The notes beneath the pieces are model-generated. The model did no database searches. It was not told the origin of the DNA and was given only the letters and a program-made list of their open reading frames with translations. DNA of 64,000 nucleotides, taken from positions 27,949 to 91,948 of the IMG/VR virus record IMGVR_UViG_3300010002_000010; one strand, 5' to 3'. Made by a program: the position numbers and the translations under genes. Numbering within the stretch: position 1 is the first letter of the stretch; the number at the start of each line of letters is the position of its first letter. The stretch comes from a virus. Its lineage: Duplodnaviria > Heunggongvirae > Uroviricota > Caudoviricetes. Positions 8,465-15,740 of the stretch are shown here, in pieces.

Positions 8465-8905
8465 TGTTTTCAATTGTCAGACAATTCTGAAAATTCTGAA
8501 TCGATCATTGTTTGAATTTTTGGAATATTCAGACAATTCGAAATATTCAGGAAATTTAGAAAAGTCGTTAAATTCAGAATATTCAGATAATTCAGAATAG
8601 TCGTTAAATTCAGACAATTCAAAATGGCCGCAATATTCGAACAATTCAGAATATTCTGACAATTCGAAATGATCTAAATATTCAGACAATTCAAAATATT
8701 CTGACTAATTAGAATTGGCGCTTAATTCAGAATATTCCGACAATTACGACAATTATGAATATTCTAATAATTCGAAATATTCAGAATTTTCTGATAATTT
8801 GCGGTGGTTCGTCGGCGGGACAAATAGATCGAAGATTGAGAATATTCCGACAATTCAGAATATTGAAAAAATTCACGGCACATTACTCAGAATATTCTGA
8901 CAATT
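8465..8905. repeat. repeat array R3: about 13 copies of the GAATATTC motif; contains TAATTTGCGGTGGTTCGTCGGCGG at 8794-8818
   Basis: Counted directly; the repeat-derived ORFs 8477-8689 and 8715-8900 are artefacts. Confidence 0.9.
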
Positions 8906-8907
8906 CC

Positions 8908-8933
8908 AAAATATAAAAAATCCCAAAATGGGA
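8908..8933 (-). terminator. rho-independent terminator for 8934-9233
   Basis: atccca-aaa-tgggat with a T-run on the minus strand. Confidence 0.7.
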
Positions 8934-9233
8934 TTATTTAAAAGATCTTCTGTATTGAGAAGTGACTTTACGTCTGAGATTTGAGAGCCATGTAGAGTCC
9001 TGTGTCGCTCTGTATGACTCAATAGCATTGTCATAGTCATCTGTATTAACTTCAAAAAAGTAGTGATTTAATACATCTTCATCTGCGACGAGAGCTAGTT
9101 CTTTATGATAGATACTATTTTCTTTTTTGAAAAACCAGATCTCATTTTCTCGTTTTTCAATTTCGTAAAATGCTCCAGAAATGATTGTAGGATTTGTAAT
9201 TGTTTTCATAAGCATAACTATTTTTCGTGGCAT
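8934..9233 (-). CDS. hypothetical protein (~99 aa)
   Basis: Start set to the third ATG (9233), which has 9-nt spacing from aaaaagg. Confidence 0.5.
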   Translation of the reverse strand: MPRKIVMLMKTITNPTIISGAFYEIEKRENEIWFFKKENSIYHKELALVADEDVLNHYFFEVNTDDYDNAIESYRATQDSTWLSNLRRKVTSQYRRSFK

Positions 9234-9360
9234 TTTCATCATCCTTTTTTCTGTATTTTAGATCTGCATGAAACAGCTCATAAGAAAATTGTACTACAAA
9301 ATTTCCGCAATGTACATAGTTTTTAAATAAAAAAAAATAAAAAGAATTTCCATAAAACTA

Positions 9361-9389
9361 TGTACATTTGCGGGAATTACTGTTATAAT
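9361..9389 (+). promoter_or_regulatory. plus-strand early promoter TGTACA-N17-TGtTATAAT
   Basis: tgtaca at 9361-9366, tataat at 9384-9389. Confidence 0.65.
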
Positions 9390-9443
9390 AAATATATAAG
9401 GTTAAGCAATTAATCTTAAATAAAAACGAAATGAGTTGAGAAA

Positions 9444-9686
9444 ATGTTAGTCAAAGAAACAGAGCAAGCTCTGAAAGATCTAATGAAACTTGACAAAGTA
9501 GAATTATTAACAACGAAAGGAAAAATTCAAACTTGGTTCGTGTGTGAAAAAAACGGACAACAAGTCATTCTAAGAACGTTTCACTACATGAGCAATAACA
9601 AAAAGAACGTTTCGATCTGTGAACTAATGACACTTGAAAACGGAAAAACAATTTGGTACCCACGAAAAAAATTCATAAATGTATGA
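9444..9686 (+). CDS. hypothetical protein (80 aa)
   Basis: Conserved leader upstream; terminator at 9688-9716 (aaagagccgcgaggctcttt). Confidence 0.55.
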   Translation: MLVKETEQALKDLMKLDKVELLTTKGKIQTWFVCEKNGQQVILRTFHYMSNNKKNVSICELMTLENGKTIWYPRKKFINV

Positions 9687-9719
9687 AAATGAAAAAGAGC
9701 CGCGAGGCTCTTTTCATTT

Positions 9720-10035
9720 GTCATTTTCAATTGTCGGAATATTCTAAATAATTAGAAAGATCGAAAAATTGAATTGTCAGAATATTCTTTCACAAGCGCT
9801 AATTCACAATATTCTGACAATTCAGAATTGTCATTAAATTCAGAATATTTAGAAAATAAAAAATGTTTTTAGATCATTTTGAATATTCAGATAATTTAAA
9901 ATATTCAAAAGATTGAAAAAATTCGCGGCTCTTAAAACAGAACGTTTTGATAATTCTAAATATTCTGACAATTTCGAATATTCTGAAAATTACGAATATT
10001 CAGAAGATTGAAAAAATTCACAGCACGTTAGCTTT
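9720..10035. repeat. repeat array R4: about 9 copies of the GAATATTC motif
   Basis: Counted directly. Confidence 0.9.
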
Positions 10036-10099
10036 TAAAGATCTAGAAAAAACAACATTATAATAGATAAAAATAATTTAAAGAACTTTTAAAAAAGCT

Positions 10100-10128
10100 A
10101 GCACAAAGCCCGCAGAACGCGTTATAAT
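10100..10128 (+). promoter_or_regulatory. plus-strand early promoter AGCACAaagccc-N-TATAAT
   Basis: Read directly; 17-nt spacer. Confidence 0.55.
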
Positions 10129-10180
10129 ATTATTAAGAGATGAGTTATTGATCTCAAATAAAACGAAATGAGCTGATAAC

Positions 10181-10543
10181 ATGATTATCAACGACACAAA
10201 CACAGAAGCTTACAATCTTCAAAAAAACGCAAAAATGTATCTTTTAAAAGAAGATTCAAAAAAACTCGATCTTTCAAAAGCTTCATATGTTTTCGTAACA
10301 GATTCTCTTAAAGATTCAAAAAACATTAAGTCTGTTTCTTGGCTCGACGAAGATGATTCAGATGAAGTATATTTTCTTTCATACATGACAAATGAAGAAA
10401 TTGAAAATGAGCTTGTTGAAGTTGATTTTTACTTCTTAGAAAGAATTAGAAATTGTTACAGAAATACAAAACAATCTTATCTTCAAAATTACAAAGATGC
10501 TTGCAATGTCTGTGACTTAGAACTTGAAAAATTAACAAAGTGA
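10181..10543 (+). CDS. hypothetical protein (120 aa), paralog of 10685-11035
   Basis: Shared segments ...LSKASYVFV... and ...YQNYKD.C..C.LELEKLTK. Confidence 0.6.
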   Translation: MIINDTNTEAYNLQKNAKMYLLKEDSKKLDLSKASYVFVTDSLKDSKNIKSVSWLDEDDSDEVYFLSYMTNEEIENELVEVDFYFLERIRNCYRNTKQSYLQNYKDACNVCDLELEKLTK

Positions 10544-10684
10544 AATATTAAAAACAAGAGCTTTCGAGCTTTTGTTTTTTTTTATTTTTTTTAAAAATTT
10601 ATAACAAAAATCCCGCAAAACATGTTATAATGATATTAGAGATGAGCTGTTGATCTTAAAAAAAATGAAATGAGATGATTTAAA

Positions 10685-11035
10685 ATGAACTTTGAAAAAA
10701 ACACAGACGCTTCAAGATTAGTTGAGATTGCAGATATGTATCTTCTTCGAGAAGATTCAAAACAGATTGATCTTTCGAAAGCATCATACGTCTTCGTTTT
10801 AAAAGCTTTTGAACATTCAAAAGAAATCTATTGGATAGATCAAGATGATAATTTCAAAGTCGAATGGACGTGCTTAATGAAAAATGAAGATATTGAAAAA
10901 CAACTTGTAAAAGTTAGCTCAGGCTTTTTAGAAAAAGTTATTGCAATTTACAACAACAAAGAACAAACGTATTATCAAAATTATAAAGATGATTGTAAGC
11001 TCTGTGAACTAGAACTTGAAAAACTAACAAAATAA
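10685..11035 (+). CDS. hypothetical protein (116 aa), paralog of 10181-10543
   Basis: Tandem duplication that includes the promoter and leader; terminator at ~11041-11085. Confidence 0.6.
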   Translation: MNFEKNTDASRLVEIADMYLLREDSKQIDLSKASYVFVLKAFEHSKEIYWIDQDDNFKVEWTCLMKNEDIEKQLVKVSSGFLEKVIAIYNNKEQTYYQNYKDDCKLCELELEKLTK

Positions 11036-11164
11036 AAGATCTGAAACAAGAGTTAAAAGCTCTTGTTTTTTTTTATTTATTTTCATTTTTTTTAACACAA
11101 AGCCCGCAAGCTGTGTTATAATTATAAATGTAAGACAAATACAAAACTTGAGAGGATGTTTAAA

Positions 11165-11461
11165 ATGTACTATATTTTAACAAAAGATCTAAATGACGAA
11201 ATGCGAGAATTTTCAATGTTTGCAGTGAGTATTCATTTCAACTTAAGAACTACTAAGAAAGAAACTTACAACGTGTTTGAAGCTATTAATGTAGATGAAA
11301 AAATTCTCATTAAAACATTCGAACAGAAAGAATTTGAAAGTCTTTTCATTGAAACTTCTGAAGAAAATTTCAAGAAATATAAAGATCTTGTTGAAAATGC
11401 AAACTTTGAAGATGCAGAAGATCTTTCAATTAGTCTTGTTGAAGCTCATAACAAAAAATAA
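11165..11461 (+). CDS. hypothetical protein (~98 aa)
   Basis: Start at the ATG at 11165 (gagagg RBS, 9-nt spacing); terminator aatctctc-attt-gagagatt at 11468-11497. Confidence 0.55.
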   Translation: MYYILTKDLNDEMREFSMFAVSIHFNLRTTKKETYNVFEAINVDEKILIKTFEQKEFESLFIETSEENFKKYKDLVENANFEDAEDLSISLVEAHNKK

Positions 11462-11512
11462 TTAATGAAGAATCTCTCATTTGAGAGATTTTTTATTTGC
11501 GGATTTTTAAAT

Positions 11513-11574
11513 GCTCTGAGTTGCAACGAGTAGTATGAACGTCTTACTCAATTAAGTTCGTCGCAACACAGAGC
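11513..11574. repeat. palindromic hairpin element, copy C (GCTCTGAGTTGCAACGA ... TCGTCGCAACACAGAGC, ~28-nt loop)
   Basis: 17-nt imperfect inverted arms between convergent terminators. Confidence 0.6.
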
Positions 11575-11593
11575 TCATTTGATTTTTCAATAT

Positions 11594-11638
11594 AACATTA
11601 AAATATAAAAAAAGAAGATCCGTTAGGATCTTCAATTT
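11594..11638 (-). terminator. rho-independent terminator for 11640-12101
   Basis: gaagatcc-gtta-ggatcttc with a T-run on the minus strand. Confidence 0.7.
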
Positions 11639-11639
11639 A

Positions 11640-12101
11640 TTATTCGTTAACTTCTTCAATGTTTGTGATTTGGAAAGTTGCAAGGGCTTTTTTGTTACGT
11701 CCGCGAAGCAAGTACCAAAGAATGTCATTGCGGAATGTAGTTCCATGTTTTTCATTGTAATATTCCGCAAAATCTTTATTTGAGAAGAACTCTTTAGTTT
11801 CTCCGTCTTCAGTTGTAACACGAACCATTGAAGAGTTACGACGTCCTGGAGTGCTTGAAGTTTTTTGAGCTTGAGCTTCGCGGTTTAATTGAGCGTCTTG
11901 TTCGATTTGTTCAACGATTTCTGATTTTTCCCCAGTCATTTCTGTGTGTTGTAATTCAAGGATTGCAGAAACGAGTTGAGATTGTTTCATTTTCCATGCT
12001 CCGTGAATCTCATAGTTTTTGTCTTTGATGATCTGTTTAAGTTCCGCAACTTTCATTCCTTCGAGTTGAGTCGCTGTGTACGTTGTAGTTGTCTGTGTCA
12101 T
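11640..12101 (-). CDS. hypothetical protein (153 aa) with an N-terminal SAP/Rho-N-like helix pair
   Basis: LEGMKVAELKQIIKDKNYEIHGAWKMKQSQLVSAI resembles a SAP/Rho_N motif (weak). Confidence 0.5.
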   Translation of the reverse strand: MTQTTTTYTATQLEGMKVAELKQIIKDKNYEIHGAWKMKQSQLVSAILELQHTEMTGEKSEIVEQIEQDAQLNREAQAQKTSSTPGRRNSSMVRVTTEDGETKEFFSNKDFAEYYNEKHGTTFRNDILWYLLRGRNKKALATFQITNIEEVNE

Positions 12102-12317
12102 TTTAATTTCCTCCTAGTAGTTGGGTTTGTTTGATTTGTTATTACCTTATATACTTATTATAGGCCATTTTTAATGGGATGTACACTGTTTTATCCAAAT
12201 TCTTTTGTTTTTTTTAAAAAAACTTTTTTCTTTAATTTCCAAAAAACTAACACAGATCTATGGAAATAGTGTATAATAAAGAAGTAAGGTAATTCAAATT
12301 TAAGGAGCTGTTAGAAA

Positions 12318-12674
12318 ATGAAAACTAAGACGTATATTGTGAATCCAAAAGACAAGAATTTTGGAGGGTATCTAGTATTTACAGAAGAATGGTTAGAAGA
12401 TTCAATTACAATGGTTGAAGACGCTTTGGTACCTGGATCTTACTTTGGAGTAAAAACAGAAAACCTAATGGAACTCAAAAAGAAAGAAGCTAAATGGCTT
12501 TTCGATTTTGATGAAGTTACTTCTGTTCCAAAAAGCATTCGCTCGACCTATATCAATTTGCTTCCGTTCAAGTATAGATTTGAAACAGATGATTATCATG
12601 AAAGATTCCATGTTCGAAAATCCATTTTATTAACCGCATACTTCGGCGGGAATCCTGAAACTTATTTAGGATAA
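12318..12674 (+). CDS. hypothetical protein (118 aa)
   Basis: RBS ttaaggagc; promoter AACACA-N17-TATAAT at ~12249-12277. Confidence 0.55.
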   Translation: MKTKTYIVNPKDKNFGGYLVFTEEWLEDSITMVEDALVPGSYFGVKTENLMELKKKEAKWLFDFDEVTSVPKSIRSTYINLLPFKYRFETDDYHERFHVRKSILLTAYFGGNPETYLG

Positions 12675-12696
12675 TTAATAAAAAGTAATATACGGA

Positions 12697-12738
12697 TCTT
12701 GCTCTAAGTGTTATAATATACTTAAGAGCAAGATTTTT
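12697..12738 (+). terminator. terminator hairpin with a TATAAT -10 box in its loop (atcttgctct-aagtgttataatatactta-agagcaagat-tttttt)
   Basis: 10-bp perfect stem plus T-run; TATAAT at 12712-12717 lies in the loop, upstream of the 12761 gene. Confidence 0.6.
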
Positions 12739-12760
12739 TAATTCAAAGGAGGAAATTAAA

Positions 12761-12934
12761 ATGAACAGAGGAAATGCGAGACGCGGAATGAAAGTGCATA
12801 CAACATATTCAGAATATCCTAATGTAAAAGGTATTATTGTTTCAATTGGATATAATTGGGTATTGATTCGAGATGAAAAAGGAAAAGAAGACAGACATCC
12901 GCTTTTATCGGTCGAAGAAATTTTAGGATCCTAA
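12761..12934 (+). CDS. hypothetical small protein (57 aa); not in the ORF track
   Basis: RBS caaaggaggaaattaaa; terminator aggatcc-taac-ggatcct at 12925-12955. Confidence 0.45.
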   Translation: MNRGNARRGMKVHTTYSEYPNVKGIIVSIGYNWVLIRDEKGKEDRHPLLSVEEILGS

Positions 12935-12962
12935 CGGATCCTTTTTTATTTACTTTGAATTA

Positions 12963-13025
12963 GCTCTGTGTCGCAACGAAATACTTTTTGCAAGGGGTAT
13001 GACCAGCTCAACGCAATACAGGAGC
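12963..13025. repeat. palindromic hairpin element, copy B (GCTCTGTGTCGCAACGA ... GCTCAACGCAATACAGGAGC)
   Basis: Same arm motif as copies A and C; lies between convergent terminators. Confidence 0.6.
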
Positions 13026-13026
13026 A

Positions 13027-13057
13027 AATTAAAAATCCCTCTTTCGAGGGATCCTAA
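13027..13057 (-). terminator. rho-independent terminator for the topoisomerase operon
   Basis: atccctc-tttc-gagggat followed by a T-run. Confidence 0.7.
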
Positions 13058-15076
13058 TTAAACTACAACTACATATTTCAATTTTCCTTTTCGAGTTGCA
13101 TATACCCCAGTTGCGGTCCGAACAGCGTTTTCTGAGTAATTGCTTGTGTTAAATTCAACTGTCGCTTTGTCTGTAACTAGTTTAAGTGTTGATTCTTTTT
13201 CTAAGAATAATACCGCATGAATTTTTTGCTTTGTATTCAATGCTTTTTTCAAAACCCGTCGATTAAGATCGAAGTGCTTTTTACTCAATCGAGCAACTTT
13301 ATTATTTTCATAAATTGCCATAATTACATTATGAGTATTATCAACAATTCCATACTCAACAATATCAATGGAGTCCTCTTTGGCAAGTGTCGGTAAATAA
13401 GATCCAAGGGCTTTCGGTTTTGTTTCTTCAATTGCAGAAATGTCTACTTTAAAAGCATCTTGCTCTTCATTGAAGATTAAAATAGATCCGCTGTTTTGAG
13501 TGTTGAAGGTTTTTGCAATCTCATCACCAGGCTTTAACGTTGGTTCAATATCTGTTTTGCGGAATTTATAAGCATATCCTTCTGCGGTAAGATGAACCAC
13601 AACGTTATAATCATTTTCAATTTTTGCTTTTTCCGTCATTTTATTTTTGATTTTAAGTTGTTTTTCTTGTGAGATCTCAATGATTTCAGATTGACGGTCA
13701 ACGCCATATTTATCACTTGTTGATTTTAATCCTTGGAGAATTACTTGATTCATTTTTTTAGGATCATCAATGACAGATTGCAATGAGACAATTTTTGCTT
13801 CCATGTCTTCAATATTCTTGACTTGTTTTTCAATATATTCTTTATTGATATTCCGTAATTTCATGTCAGCAACTTTATCGGCCTGTGCCTCATCAATTTC
13901 AAAACGTTTTGCCAATTTTGGAATAATGTCTTTTTCTTTTGAAAAACGGATAATCTCAATGACTTCATCAATATAATCAATGATTTTAGCCATTCCGTAA
14001 AGTAAATGGAGATCGCTTTTTAATTTCTCAATATCATATGTCATTCCGCGAGAAATACAGTTTGCACGCCATTCAAGCCACTTAATAATTGCTGGCCATA
14101 CTCCCATTACTTTAGGAAGCCCGTCAACGATCATATTCATGTTCGCGGGAAATGATGATTGAAGCGGTGTAAGTTGATAAAGTTTTTCAAGAAGCAATTT
14201 CATGTCTGTTCCTTTTCGAGCGGTAAGTGAAATTCGCATCCCTTTAAAACCAGTTAGATCTTTAATATTCGTGACTTCTTTTAATTTTTCTGTTTTGGCC
14301 AATGCCGTAACTTTTTCAATAATAGCTTCGCGGGTAGTTGAATATGGAATTTCCATAATATCAATTTTGTTTTTGTCAATGATTGCTCGGCCTCTAAGTT
14401 GTGTTGATCCATTTCCCATATGATTGATTTGCTCAAAAATTGCCGGATCATTTACAACAAATCCTTTAGTGGCAAAATCTGGAATTAAAATATTTTTTTC
14501 GCCGGTCTTCATATAATTTTCAATTGCTTGAGTAATCTCTTTTAGATTGAATGACGGAATTGAAGACGCAAAACCAACACCTGTTCCTGAGCTTGCATAT
14601 GCTAAAACAGATGGGAATTTTACTGGAAGTACTTCTGGGATCTTCATTGTTCCATCGTAGTTATCAACAAAGTCAACCATATTTTTATTGAAATTTTGCA
14701 TCATTTCAGTTCCAACATCTGATAATTTTACTTCGGAATAACGAGCCGCGGCCGGTGCCAAGTCCCGTGAGGTATTCTGGCCAAATGATCCTTTACCAAT
14801 GATTGTTGGAATTGCATGCCGATCTTTTTGAACCATTTTAACCATTGACTCGTAAGTGTCTGAGTGAGGGTGGATCTTCATTACTTGACCAGAAATATTA
14901 GCAGACTTTGTAAATTTAAATGCTTTTGCGGTAAATAACGTAAATAAGATCCGGCGATGAACAGGTTTCCATCCATCTCGCAGATCAGGAATTGCACGAT
15001 CCAAAAGAACATAAGTTGAATATACGCCCATGTTATCTGTAATAACTTGTGAAGCTTCAAATTCAGTATTAGCCAT
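13058..15076 (-). CDS. type II DNA topoisomerase, DNA-cleavage subunit (GyrA/ParC N-terminal homolog, T4 gp52-like)
   Basis: LLDRAIPDLRDGWKPVHRRILF and active-site AAARYSEV match GyrA signatures; 672 aa, so it lacks the GyrA C-terminal domain. Confidence 0.85.
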   Translation of the reverse strand: MANTEFEASQVITDNMGVYSTYVLLDRAIPDLRDGWKPVHRRILFTLFTAKAFKFTKSANISGQVMKIHPHSDTYESMVKMVQKDRHAIPTIIGKGSFGQNTSRDLAPAAARYSEVKLSDVGTEMMQNFNKNMVDFVDNYDGTMKIPEVLPVKFPSVLAYASSGTGVGFASSIPSFNLKEITQAIENYMKTGEKNILIPDFATKGFVVNDPAIFEQINHMGNGSTQLRGRAIIDKNKIDIMEIPYSTTREAIIEKVTALAKTEKLKEVTNIKDLTGFKGMRISLTARKGTDMKLLLEKLYQLTPLQSSFPANMNMIVDGLPKVMGVWPAIIKWLEWRANCISRGMTYDIEKLKSDLHLLYGMAKIIDYIDEVIEIIRFSKEKDIIPKLAKRFEIDEAQADKVADMKLRNINKEYIEKQVKNIEDMEAKIVSLQSVIDDPKKMNQVILQGLKSTSDKYGVDRQSEIIEISQEKQLKIKNKMTEKAKIENDYNVVVHLTAEGYAYKFRKTDIEPTLKPGDEIAKTFNTQNSGSILIFNEEQDAFKVDISAIEETKPKALGSYLPTLAKEDSIDIVEYGIVDNTHNVIMAIYENNKVARLSKKHFDLNRRVLKKALNTKQKIHAVLFLEKESTLKLVTDKATVEFNTSNYSENAVRTATGVYATRKGKLKYVVVV

Positions 15077-15094
15077 TTTTTTTAATCTCCTCTA

Positions 15095-15125
15095 AAACTA
15101 ATTTCATTACTCTTATATTATACTT
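15095..15125 (-). promoter_or_regulatory. conserved phage promoter (TTTCAT-N16-TATAATATAAgag) for the GyrA-like gene
   Basis: ctcttatattatacttg reverse-complemented; terminator cgacca-aattgc-tggtcg upstream at ~15140-15178. Confidence 0.55.
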
Positions 15126-15179
15126 GTTTTTTAAAAAAATGAAAGAAAAAAGACGACCAAATTGCTGGTCGCCTACGTT

Positions 15180-15593
15180 TTATTTTCCTAGATAAATTTT
15201 GTCATCGGAAATCAAAGTACAGATCCAATCACAAGCCTGATCCAAGGCCTCAACATTTGAAACCGTAAATTTATTCACATTGTGGTTTTTTCTTGGAATG
15301 GTCATAATTAAAGGAGAAAGGTTGCTCATATCATAATCAGCAATAGTTTCAATATAAAAAGTTCCAAGTCCTGTTTTATTCATTCTTAAATGACCAAAAG
15401 TAATCAATGATCCAGCTTCCTTGAAATATATAACGGGTTGACTGGCCGCTAGTTTTGTTACCATATTGCACCGTTGTTCAAAAAGTCTCATTAACAGCTC
15501 GGGGTTTTTAATATTCTCGTTTGTGATCTTTGCCTCTTTCATTACTTTCTCTTCAATTACGATTTCCCTAATCTCTTTTTGTTCTGCCATCAT
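15180..15593 (-). CDS. hypothetical protein (137 aa) between the two topoisomerase subunit genes
   Basis: Its position matches T4 gene 60, but no sequence match was recognised. Confidence 0.45.
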   Translation of the reverse strand: MMAEQKEIREIVIEEKVMKEAKITNENIKNPELLMRLFEQRCNMVTKLAASQPVIYFKEAGSLITFGHLRMNKTGLGTFYIETIADYDMSNLSPLIMTIPRKNHNVNKFTVSNVEALDQACDWICTLISDDKIYLGK

Positions 15594-15740
15594 GTGCTTT
15601 CATCCCTTTCTTATTAAAATAAATTAGGCCAAAATGCCTATATCTATATTTTTATTATACACTCTTTTTACTGTAATGTATATTAATTTGATCTACAATT
15701 TAAAGTTTTTTGCAATATTCTAAAAATAAAAAAGATAGCG

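Noticed and set aside
8477-8900. Track ORFs 8477-8689 (minus) and 8715-8900 (plus) with repetitive ELSEYSE / YSDNYDNYEYS peptides
   Set aside because: They are translations of the GAATATTC repeat array. They have low-complexity periodic sequence and no RBS.
6976-10035. Possible CRISPR array
   Set aside because: The units are short (8-20 bp) and irregularly spaced. They occur in both orientations without unique spacers and no cas genes are present.
11552-11821. Minus-strand 89-aa ORF
   Set aside because: It overlaps the better-supported 11640-12101 gene and the terminator and hairpin region.
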